Position numbers and translations under genes: made by a program. Positions 27,613-35,131 of a stretch of DNA of 47,518 nt are shown here, one piece after another. The number at the start of each line of letters is the position of its first letter. Position 1 is the stretch's first letter. This DNA is from Gemmatimonadota bacterium (GTDB lineage Bacteria > Latescibacterota > UBA2968 > UBA8231). Below the pieces are notes generated by a model. That model saw nothing but the letters and a program-made list of their open reading frames with translations, made no database searches and had not been told where the DNA came from. The stretch covers positions 1 through 47,518 of the forward strand of contig JAYPJE010000001.1 in the NCBI GenBank assembly GCA_038128265.1. Reading direction: 5' to 3'.

Positions 27613-28875
27613 ATGGCCTATTCGCAGTTCGATCGAGTGCCCAATCACTACGCTGGTCCCATCATTCAGCAAATCAAGGACTTCCGCCAGGAAAAAGGTA
27701 GGCGCTCGCTCGCTCCGACTGCGCTGCAGATCGGTCAGTTGGAACTGCTTATTCCGCGTCACTTCGGCTTTTGTTTTGGCGTAGAGCGCGCTATCCACAT
27801 GGCATTTTCTACCCTGGAAAAGCAGCCCCAAAAACGCACGTACCTCGTCAGCGAAATTATTCATAACCCGCTGGTAAACAGCGAATTGAAAGAGCGCGGC
27901 GTCGAGTTTGTCTACGACGCAGACGGACAGCGCCAGGTGGGTGAAGACGATCTCAGCGGCGACGACGTCGTGCTCATACCGGCCTTTGGTACCACGCTGC
28001 AGGTCGAGGATTCGCTGCGGGCCAGCGGCATCGATATTGACAGCGAAAGCTACCGCGAACACTACGACACCACGTGTCCGTTTGTATCTAAGGTATGGAA
28101 GCGCGGAGAGGAGCTGGGGCGCGAGGGCTACACGATTGTTATTCATGGAAAGTATCGCCACGAGGAGACGCAGGCGACGCACTCCCATACAAAGGAACAC
28201 GCTAAGACGCTGGTTGTGCTGGATTGTGAGGAAGCGGAAAAAGTGGCTTCCTTTATCGTGGGCGAAATGAGTGTGGAGGCCTTTCGCGCCGAGTTCGCCG
28301 GCAAGTGGTCAGAGGGTTTTGACCCCGAGCGCGATTTGGAGCGCGTTGCCGTCGTTAACCAGACGACGATGTTGGCGGCCGAAACGCAGCGCGTAGCGCA
28401 GATACTGTCGGCCGCTATGGAGCGGCGATACGGCAGCGATGATATCGAGTACCACTGTGCCGACACCAACGATACGCTGTGCTATGCGACCAACCAGAAC
28501 CAGAATGCCACGCACGCGCTGCTGCGGTCAGAAGCCGATCTGGCGCTGATTGTCGGAGGCTACAACAGCTCTAATACGTCGCACTTGGTGGAGATTTGTT
28601 CGCAGGTTATGCCGAGCTACCTCATCGCCAATAGCGACGAGCTGGTTTCTGCGCAGCAGATTCGCCACTTTGACATAGGTCGCAAGGAAATTGCGTGCGG
28701 CGAAGAATGGCTGCCCCAGCAGCGGCCGCTGCGCATGGTCATTACTTCCGGTGCATCGTGTCCGGACGTGCTCATGAACCAGGTGATTGAGCGCGTGGTA
28801 GAACTCTGTGGATATAGTCGCGAAGACATTGAGCGCGGCCTGAATGCACTGCGCCTGTTTGAGGAGGCCGCATGA
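27613..28875 (+). CDS. ispH: 4-hydroxy-3-methylbut-2-enyl diphosphate reductase (long form)
   Basis: Three Fe-S Cys motifs 'FGFCFGVERA', 'DTTCPFV', 'DTLCYAT..NQ'; 'EIIHNP', 'NQTTM', 'GGYNSSNT', 'TSGASCP'. Confidence 0.95.
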   Translation: MAYSQFDRVPNHYAGPIIQQIKDFRQEKGRRSLAPTALQIGQLELLIPRHFGFCFGVERAIHMAFSTLEKQPQKRTYLVSEIIHNPLVNSELKERGVEFVYDADGQRQVGEDDLSGDDVVLIPAFGTTLQVEDSLRASGIDIDSESYREHYDTTCPFVSKVWKRGEELGREGYTIVIHGKYRHEETQATHSHTKEHAKTLVVLDCEEAEKVASFIVGEMSVEAFRAEFAGKWSEGFDPERDLERVAVVNQTTMLAAETQRVAQILSAAMERRYGSDDIEYHCADTNDTLCYATNQNQNATHALLRSEADLALIVGGYNSSNTSHLVEICSQVMPSYLIANSDELVSAQQIRHFDIGRKEIACGEEWLPQQRPLRMVITSGASCPDVLMNQVIERVVELCGYSREDIERGLNALRLFEEAA

Positions 28876-29177
28876 TTGTTGCGCTGGTTAAGGGACATAT
28901 AGTGTCCTCTGCCAAAGTGGATAATTTAGAGGGCAAGAAGCTGCTGCTGGTTGAGATTCTCGCCGCCACGCCCGAGGGGCTTAAGCACACGGACCAACAC
29001 ATGGTGTGCATTGATTCGGTGCAGGCTGGCGAAGGAGAGCTGGTCGTCGTAGTGCAGGGCTCTTCGGCGCGCATCGCTCCAGGGATGAGCGACGTGCCGG
29101 TCGATGCGTTGGCGATAGGAATCGTCGATTCGCTGCAGGCGTTTGGTGGTCAGCTAGATCTGGAGGTCGGCTCGTGA
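28872..29177 (+). CDS. BMC vertex (pentamer) protein, EutN/CcmL family
   Basis: 'V.G.IVSS.K...L.GKKLLLV', 'CIDSVQAGEGELVVVVQGSSAR', 'PVDA...GIVD'; ATGA overlap with ispH stop. Confidence 0.93.
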   Translation: MIVALVKGHIVSSAKVDNLEGKKLLLVEILAATPEGLKHTDQHMVCIDSVQAGEGELVVVVQGSSARIAPGMSDVPVDALAIGIVDSLQAFGGQLDLEVGS

Positions 29178-29419
29178 AGCGCTGTCGCGTCATCGGGCAC
29201 GTCGTTGCCAACGCCAAGCACAGCGTGCTGGACGGGCAAAAGATCATGGTCGTCAAGCCCGAGCCCGATGGGCCCATGCAGCTGGCGTTAGACGGCGTTG
29301 GTGCGGGCATCGGTTCGCTGGTTATCGTCTCCGAATCGGGGACGGCTGGTGCTCAAGTGACCGGGTGGGAGCAACCGCCGGCGCGCAGCGTCATCGTTGG
29401 CATTATAGACGGAGCGTGA
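29174..29419 (+). CDS. BMC vertex protein, EutN/CcmL family
   Basis: 'RVIGHVVANAKH..LDGQKIMVV', 'ALDGVGAGIGSLV', 'PARSVIVGIID'; GTGA overlap. Confidence 0.88.
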   Translation: MKRCRVIGHVVANAKHSVLDGQKIMVVKPEPDGPMQLALDGVGAGIGSLVIVSESGTAGAQVTGWEQPPARSVIVGIIDGA

Positions 29420-29423
29420 TGAT

Positions 29424-29690
29424 ATGAAATTGGGAAAAGTCGTTGGCACGGTTGTCCTATCGCACTGCATCGATTCTTTTCGCGGTCGCCCTCTGCATCT
29501 AGTGATGAGCGTAGATGAAGAGCTGCAACCTGTCGGCGAAGCGGAGGTCTGCGCCACCTGGGAGGCGCGCAGCGAGGGGGAACTCGTCGTGTTCGAGGTC
29601 GCGCGCGAAGCGGCCAATATCGCCGATCCGGCCATTCCATCCGACGCGTCGATTATTGGCAAAGTGGAAAAGGTGCATATAGCGCGCTAG
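29424..29690 (+). CDS. BMC vertex protein, EutN/CcmL family (divergent)
   Basis: 'MKLGKVVGTVV', 'GELVVFEVAREA', 'PSDASIIGKVE'. Confidence 0.85.
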   Translation: MKLGKVVGTVVLSHCIDSFRGRPLHLVMSVDEELQPVGEAEVCATWEARSEGELVVFEVAREAANIADPAIPSDASIIGKVEKVHIAR

Positions 29691-29717
29691 GGTATATCCG
29701 CCAGTGTACAAATAGAT

Positions 29718-29754
29718 CGCCCGCGCTACTGCAGGAGCAGCGCGGGCGTTTTTT
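29718..29754 (+). terminator. Rho-independent terminator ending the ispH-vertex triplet transcript
   Basis: CGCCCGCGCTACT-gcagg-AGCAGCGCGGGCG followed by TTTTTT. Confidence 0.8.
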
Positions 29755-29772
29755 GTGCAATACAGCGGTGTT

Positions 29773-30573
29773 TTAGGGCCCCACTACGCCATTTTTGAGC
29801 TGGCCGATACCCTCTAATTCAACGATGACTTCATCGCCTGGTTTGAGCCAGACCGGCGGTTTGCGCGCGAAGCCGACGCCCTGCGGAGTGCCGGTGAGAA
29901 TGACGGTGCCCGGCAGCAGGGTAGTGTCCTGGCTCAGGAAGCTGATGATCTCGGCGACGGAGAAAATCATATCACCGGTGGTGTGGTCCTGCATGGTCTG
30001 GCCGTTGAGTATCGTTTTGATGCCCAAGTTCTGCGGGTCAGCAATTTCATCAGCCGTGACCAATACCGGTCCGAGGGGGCAGAACGTGTCGAAGCCTTTG
30101 CCGCGTATCCACTGACCGCCGCCGGCATTGAGCTGCCACTTGCGCGCCGATACGTCGTTGGCGCAGGTGTAGCCCAGCACGCAGTCCAGCGCATCTTCTA
30201 CGCGCACATCGCGCACCGGCTTCCCAATAACGGCGGCCAGTTCGCACTCGTAGTCGACCTCTTCATCCTGCTGACAGGCGGGCAGGCGTATGGGGTCGCC
30301 GGGGTGGCAGAGCGTGCTGGTCGGCTTGGCAAAGACAATGGGAAGCTTGGGCTCTTCCATGCCCGACTCGGCAGCGTGCTCCCGATAGTTGAGCCCTATA
30401 CAGTATATGTTGGTGGGTGCTACGGGAGCCAGCAGTTTGGCAATGGGAGCGGTTGATCCCGTCGGCGACAGGCCCGCGTAGAGAGTGCCCTCGAGCACCT
30501 CGGCTTCGCCCCCCTCGCGTTCCATGCCGTAGCGCTCGCGGTTTTCCCCGTCTAAGAAACGAATAATGCGCAT
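29773..30573 (-). CDS. Fumarylacetoacetate hydrolase (FAH) family protein
   Basis: 'IYCIGLNYREHA.E', 'VDYECELA', 'GYTCANDVSARKWQ', 'RGKGFDTFCPLGP', 'ILTGTPQGVG'; SD AGGAGG before ATG 30573. Confidence 0.93.
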   Translation of the reverse strand: MRIIRFLDGENRERYGMEREGGEAEVLEGTLYAGLSPTGSTAPIAKLLAPVAPTNIYCIGLNYREHAAESGMEEPKLPIVFAKPTSTLCHPGDPIRLPACQQDEEVDYECELAAVIGKPVRDVRVEDALDCVLGYTCANDVSARKWQLNAGGGQWIRGKGFDTFCPLGPVLVTADEIADPQNLGIKTILNGQTMQDHTTGDMIFSVAEIISFLSQDTTLLPGTVILTGTPQGVGFARKPPVWLKPGDEVIVELEGIGQLKNGVVGP

Positions 30574-30610
30574 ATGTCCTCCTCTTTTTTTTGCCGCGTT
30601 ACAGGCGATC

Positions 30611-30681
30611 AAGGTAGTCGTTGCACAGCATAAGTGTCAAGCCGAAGCCAACTTGACGGAGGAGATACCCCCGACTATTTT
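30611..30681. promoter_or_regulatory. Divergent sigma70-like promoters for the FAH gene (-) and the main BMC operon (+)
   Basis: + strand TTGACG (30653-58)-17 nt-TATTTT (30676-81); - strand TTGACA (30640-35)-18 nt-TACCTT. Confidence 0.5.
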
Positions 30682-30733
30682 TCTGGGGCTGTATACGCAC
30701 GTTGCGATCTATACATCCAGTGAGGTGAAAAGC

Positions 30734-32161
30734 GTGGCTCAGAACGCGAGCGAAGAGCAGATTCGCAAAATAGTCGAAGAGGTTGTAACCCGCATCGTCA
30801 CAAATGGCCATGGCGCGTCCCTGCCCGCTGCCGATCCCGGCGAGGGGGGCGTATTCCCCACCATAGATGCGGCTACTCAGGCTGCCACGCGGGCGCAGGA
30901 GCAGCTGGTTGCCATGACGTTGGAGCAGCGCCGGTCGATCGTAGAGGCCATTCGCCACGTGTCGCGCGAGCGCGCTGAAGATTTTTCCCGTCGCGCCCTG
31001 GAAGAGACGGGAATGGGGCGGCTGGAGGACAAGATTCAAAAGCACCGGGTTGCCGCCGATGCAACGCCTGGCATCGAAGACCTCGAAGCCAAGTCGTGGA
31101 CCGGCGATCACGGGCTGACCGTAGTCGAAATGGCGCCCTACGGCGTGATTGGGGCTATCACGCCTTCTACCCACCCGGTGCCGACGATGGTCAATAACGC
31201 CATCTGCATTATTGCCGCGGGCAACTCGGTGGTATTCAACGTGCACCCCGGCGCAAAAAACGTGTCGATGTATGCGGTGCGTCTGCTCAACGAAGCCATC
31301 GTGCAGGTTGGTGGGCCGGCTAATTTGATAACGGCGGTAGCAGAGCCAACGCTGGAGACGGCCAACGAATTGTTTACGCATCCCGGCATTCGCCTATTGT
31401 TGGTCACTGGTGGACCGGGCGTTGCGCAGGCCGCTATGGCCAGCCCCAAAAAAGCCATCGTTGCCGGTCCGGGCAATCCGCCCGTCGTCGTTGATGAGAC
31501 GGCAGACCTCAAGAAAGCAGCCAGAGACATTATCGACGGCGGCGCCTTTGATAACAATATCCTCTGCCTGGGCGAAAAACAGGTCTTTGTCGTCGATAGC
31601 GTCGCCGATGAGCTCAAACGCCACATGGTCGACTACAGCGCCTACGAGCTCAGCGCGCAGCAAATCGAAGAGCTGGCCGCCGTGGCTTTTGTGAAGGGGC
31701 CTGACGGTCATCCCTTGGCCAACCGCGAATTGGTCGGGCGCAGCGCATGGGTGCTGGCCGATCGCATCGGCGTTAAGCTGGGCGAGTCACTGCGTATGCT
31801 CATTGGCGAAACGCGCGCCGATCACGTCTTTGTCGAAGAGGAGCAGATGATGCCCTTTTTGCCAATCGTGCGGGTGCGCGACGTCGATGAGGGCATTCGC
31901 TTGGCGGTGATTTCTGAGCACGGCTACAAGCATACGGCCATTATTCACTCGCGCAACATCGAAAATATGCACAAGATGGCGTGTGCATCGGATACGACTA
32001 TTTTTGTAAAAAACGGGCCTTCTTTTGCCGGCGTCGGTTTAGGGGGCGAGGGCTTTGGAACCTACTCGATCGCCGGTCCGACCGGCGAGGGGCTCACCTC
32101 GCCACGGACGTTTACGCGCGCGCGGCGCTGTGCGTTGGTCGACTACTTCCGCATTACCTAA
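30734..32161 (+). CDS. CoA-acylating aldehyde dehydrogenase, EutE/PduP family, with N-terminal encapsulation peptide
   Basis: GTG start with SD GAGGTG; 'EETGMGR.EDK..K', 'TGDHGLT..E.APYGVIG..TPSTHP', 'AGPGNPP', catalytic 'FDNNILCLGEK', 'TGEGLTS..TFTR.RRC'; N-terminal 'EEQIRKIVEEVVTRIV'. Confidence 0.93.
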   Translation: MAQNASEEQIRKIVEEVVTRIVTNGHGASLPAADPGEGGVFPTIDAATQAATRAQEQLVAMTLEQRRSIVEAIRHVSRERAEDFSRRALEETGMGRLEDKIQKHRVAADATPGIEDLEAKSWTGDHGLTVVEMAPYGVIGAITPSTHPVPTMVNNAICIIAAGNSVVFNVHPGAKNVSMYAVRLLNEAIVQVGGPANLITAVAEPTLETANELFTHPGIRLLLVTGGPGVAQAAMASPKKAIVAGPGNPPVVVDETADLKKAARDIIDGGAFDNNILCLGEKQVFVVDSVADELKRHMVDYSAYELSAQQIEELAAVAFVKGPDGHPLANRELVGRSAWVLADRIGVKLGESLRMLIGETRADHVFVEEEQMMPFLPIVRVRDVDEGIRLAVISEHGYKHTAIIHSRNIENMHKMACASDTTIFVKNGPSFAGVGLGGEGFGTYSIAGPTGEGLTSPRTFTRARRCALVDYFRIT

Positions 32162-32173
32162 ATCGGTGGTGCG

Positions 32174-32473
32174 ATGATACTAGGACAGGTGCGCGGGCGC
32201 GTGGTGTCGACGGCCAAGGTGGGCAGCTTAAACGGCAAAAAGCTGCTGGTCGTCGAAGTGGTGTCCGTGCGCGAGCACGGGCTGGTGCGCACCGGTCGCG
32301 AAATGGTCTGCGTCGACGCGGTGCAGGCCGGCGAGGGCGAACTGGTCTTCGTGGTTCAAGGGTCGTCGTCGCGCATTGCACCCGACATGCGCGACGTCCC
32401 CACTGATGCGGTGATTGTCGGCATTGTCGACTCGCTGCAGTCGATGGGAAACGCAATGGAGCTGCGCGATTAA
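32174..32473 (+). CDS. BMC vertex protein, EutN/CcmL family
   Basis: 'QVRGRVVSTAK..SLNGKKLLVV', 'VDAVQAGEGELV.VVQGSSSR', 'PTDAVIVGIVD'; close paralog of 28872..29177. Confidence 0.93.
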   Translation: MILGQVRGRVVSTAKVGSLNGKKLLVVEVVSVREHGLVRTGREMVCVDAVQAGEGELVFVVQGSSSRIAPDMRDVPTDAVIVGIVDSLQSMGNAMELRD

Positions 32474-33169
32474 ATGGCGGCAGATGGATTACAGGGCTTG
32501 GACCGCGCAGCGATAGAACAGATTGTGCGCCGCGCCGTCTACGACTTTATGCCCGATGGCCAATTGGGACGAACGGCCGGTCCCGACGTGTCGCCGGTGC
32601 CGCGCCTAGTGGTCAATATCTCGGCGCGCCATATTCACCTCAACCGCGAAGCCATGGATATCCTCTTCGGGCCGGGCAGCGAGTTGACGGTGCAAAAGGC
32701 GCTCTACCAGGAGGGCGCCTTTGCCGCTGAAGAAACGCTATCGGTTTTTGGGCCGCGCAAGCAGGTGATTGCCAACGTGCGCGTCTTGGGGCCACTGCGC
32801 GCGTATAACCAGGTCGAGTTGGCCTTTACAGACGCGCGTTTCTTGGGCATTGATGCGCCCGTGCGGCTCAGCAGCCGCGTCGAAGGTTCGCCGGGGTGCT
32901 TCCTCGTCGGTCCACACGGCGGCCTCGAATTGCAGGAAGGCGTAATTCGCGCAGCGCGGCACGTGCATATGAGCCCGGCGGAAGCCGAGTACTATGGCGT
33001 GCAGGGAGGCGATCTCATGCGCTTAGTAGTGGAGAGCGAGCAGGGCGGTTCCTTGGAAGGGCTGATTTGCCGCGTCAGCGATCAGGAAAAGCTGGAGGTG
33101 CACTTGGATACGGACGAGGGCAATGCGCTCGATCTGGTGCACGCCCGCAAAGTATATTTGGAAAAGTAG
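32474..33169 (+). CDS. pduL: PduL-type phosphotransacylase with N-terminal encapsulation peptide
   Basis: 'VNISARHIHL', 'VRVLGPLR...QVELAFTDAR.LGI.APVRLS', 'IRAARHVHMSP', 'EVHLDTDEGNA'; N-terminal 'LDRAAIEQIVRRAVYDFM'. Confidence 0.93.
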   Translation: MAADGLQGLDRAAIEQIVRRAVYDFMPDGQLGRTAGPDVSPVPRLVVNISARHIHLNREAMDILFGPGSELTVQKALYQEGAFAAEETLSVFGPRKQVIANVRVLGPLRAYNQVELAFTDARFLGIDAPVRLSSRVEGSPGCFLVGPHGGLELQEGVIRAARHVHMSPAEAEYYGVQGGDLMRLVVESEQGGSLEGLICRVSDQEKLEVHLDTDEGNALDLVHARKVYLEK

Positions 33170-33200
33170 AGTAGACTTCGCACACACCAGGAGGAAAGCG

Positions 33201-33761
33201 ATGTCGGATGCAATCGGAATGGTAGAAACGGTCGGGCTGGTGGGCATCGTCGAGGCTGGCGATGCCATGGCCAAAGCGGCTAGCGTGCAGCTCTTGGGCT
33301 GGGACAAAGTTGGTTCGGGGCTGGTAACGGTGTTCTGTTCGGGCGACGTGGCGGCCGTAAAGTCGGCCGTCGATGCCGGATCGACGGCGGCGGCCAAAGT
33401 GGGTAAGGTGCATTCGGTGCACGTGATCCCGCGTCCGCACGAAGAGTTAGGCGCCATTATGCCGCAGCGCGGCGAGGCGGGCGCATCGGATGGCGTGCGC
33501 GCGCTGGGGCTCATTGAGACGCGCGGTGCCACCGGTGTGATTGAGGCGGCCGATGCAATGAGCAAGGCGGCCGATGTGGATATTGTCAGAGTGCAGGAAA
33601 TCGGTGGGGGGTACATCACCGTGCTAGTCAGCGGCGACGTAGGCTCGGTGCAGGCGTCCGTTAGCGCCGGAGCCGAGGCCTGTGAGCGCGTTGGCGAATT
33701 GGTTTCGCAACACGTGATCCCGCGCCCACACGACGATGTGGTCGCCCTCTACTTGAGCTGA
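33201..33761 (+). CDS. BMC shell protein with two tandem non-permuted BMC domains
   Basis: SD AGGAGG; 'AIGMVET.G...AGDAMAKAA...GSG...[10 protein letters not shown]...HVIPRPH' then 'ALGLIETRG...ADAMSKAA...HVIPRPH'. Confidence 0.93.
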   Translation: MSDAIGMVETVGLVGIVEAGDAMAKAASVQLLGWDKVGSGLVTVFCSGDVAAVKSAVDAGSTAAAKVGKVHSVHVIPRPHEELGAIMPQRGEAGASDGVRALGLIETRGATGVIEAADAMSKAADVDIVRVQEIGGGYITVLVSGDVGSVQASVSAGAEACERVGELVSQHVIPRPHDDVVALYLS

Positions 33762-33777
33762 TAGGAGATACGCTACT

Positions 33778-34041
33778 ATGAAAGCACTTGGTATGGTGGA
33801 GACGAAAGGGCTGGTGTGCGTGGTCGAGGCCCTAGATGCAATGCTCAAAACGGCGGATGTGAGCTTTGCCGGTCAGAAGCGCGTCGGCAGCGGCTTTGTC
33901 GCCGTGCTGGTCGAGGGCGATGTCGCAGCGGTTAAAGCCGCGGTCGATGCCGGTGCCAGCGCAGCGCAGCGCGTTGGCGAGTTGCGCAGCGTGCACGTGA
34001 TTCCGCGTCCGGTATCGGACTTGACGCAGCACCTGTCGTAG
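33778..34041 (+). CDS. BMC shell hexamer protein (BMC-H, PduA/EutM-like)
   Basis: 'ALGMVETKG...[10 protein letters not shown]...KRVGSG.V...[13 protein letters not shown]...HVIPRP'. Confidence 0.95.
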   Translation: MKALGMVETKGLVCVVEALDAMLKTADVSFAGQKRVGSGFVAVLVEGDVAAVKAAVDAGASAAQRVGELRSVHVIPRPVSDLTQHLS

Positions 34042-34053
34042 ACTGCGCGTCGA

Positions 34054-34548
34054 ATGGCTTCCGTCCTCTACATTGAAGAGGCCGTAGTTACGGGCGATGT
34101 GCTATCGCGTCGCCACGCTGACGAAGGGCAGGTGTGCGTTAGCGAAGGCGCGATTGTCACGCCGACGGCGTGGGACTATCTGCGCCAAAAGCGCCTGCAG
34201 CTCAGCAGGGGAAAGAGCCCTGAGCCCGCGGCCTCCGCTGTGCAAGCCCCCGCGCGGCTCATTGCCGAAGTGGAAGCGCCGCAGATGGACGGGACGGGAC
34301 GCTGTGACCAGCCCGGACGCTCGTGTGGCTGCCAGACGGAAGAATTTGGCTCGGGCTACGTCGAGCCTAGTTCGTGTCGCGACTGCGCTATTTACCAGAT
34401 GAAGAGTCGAGGGGAGAGCGGGGCCAGCTGCCACGGCTGCAACCGCCGCGTGCTGCTCGACCAGTTGATCGAGTCTGGACAGGGCGTCGACCCAGAGCAG
34501 CTGATTGGCGAAGTGACGGCCTTGGTCGTGCACCGCTTGGAGGATTGA
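34054..34548 (+). CDS. BMC-associated hypothetical protein, Cys-rich, with C-terminal amphipathic helix
   Basis: In operon. N-terminal module 'VVTGDVL...AIVTPTAWDYLR'; Cys cluster C-x6-CGC...CxxC...CxxC; C-terminal 'DPEQLIGEVTALVVHRLED'. Confidence 0.75.
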   Translation: MASVLYIEEAVVTGDVLSRRHADEGQVCVSEGAIVTPTAWDYLRQKRLQLSRGKSPEPAASAVQAPARLIAEVEAPQMDGTGRCDQPGRSCGCQTEEFGSGYVEPSSCRDCAIYQMKSRGESGASCHGCNRRVLLDQLIESGQGVDPEQLIGEVTALVVHRLED

Positions 34549-34549
34549 G

Positions 34550-35131
34550 ATGCCCGCCGCCATCGGCCTGATAGAAGTTGAGGGAGTGGCCGGCATTATC
34601 GTGGCCGCCGACGCTGCGCTCAAAGCGGCCGACGTCGAGCTGCTCGGCTGGGAGTCGATCGGCGGATTTACTACCGTGCTGTTTAGCGGTTCAATCAGCG
34701 ATGTGGGAGCGGGCTTGGACAGCGGTCGTGCCGCGGCTGCGCACATCGTAGAGCACGTGGTTGCCGCGCCCGTTACACAGCCGCAGGAAGCCTGCCTGCG
34801 CTTTGCGAGTTTTCCCGTTCAAAAAGAGGCGGCCGTGCGCGAAGGGGCGTTGGGCCTCGTTGAGACGCGCGGCTACGCGGCCCACGTGTATGCCGACGAC
34901 GATATGGTCAAGGCCGCCGATGTAGAAGTGGTCAACGTGCTGACGGTGCACAATCGAGTGGTATGCTCTCTGGTGCAGGGCGACGTCGGCGCCGTGCGCG
35001 AAGCCATCGCGCGGGCCGAGGCTCGCCTGCGCGAGTACCCACATTTGCTTAGCACGTTTGTTTTGCCACAGCCGCGCCGGGAGGTGTTGCAGACCTTTGC
35101 CGTGCCGCTGCGAGGAGGGGGCAGTGTCTAA
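34550..35131 (+). CDS. BMC shell protein with two tandem BMC domains (divergent)
   Basis: 'AIGLIEVEG...AADAALKAADV', second 'ALGLVETRG...DDMVKAADV...GDVGAVREAI...VLPQP'. Confidence 0.9.
   Translation: MPAAIGLIEVEGVAGIIVAADAALKAADVELLGWESIGGFTTVLFSGSISDVGAGLDSGRAAAAHIVEHVVAAPVTQPQEACLRFASFPVQKEAAVREGALGLVETRGYAAHVYADDDMVKAADVEVVNVLTVHNRVVCSLVQGDVGAVREAIARAEARLREYPHLLSTFVLPQPRREVLQTFAVPLRGGGSV

Noticed and set aside
30566..30733. N-terminal extension of the aldehyde dehydrogenase in the ORF track (similarly 6761, 12552, 18667, 26915, 33123, 35058, 42498 starts)
   Set aside because: Extensions overlap neighbouring genes or promoters; downstream starts have better SD or stop-start coupling and match family N-termini.
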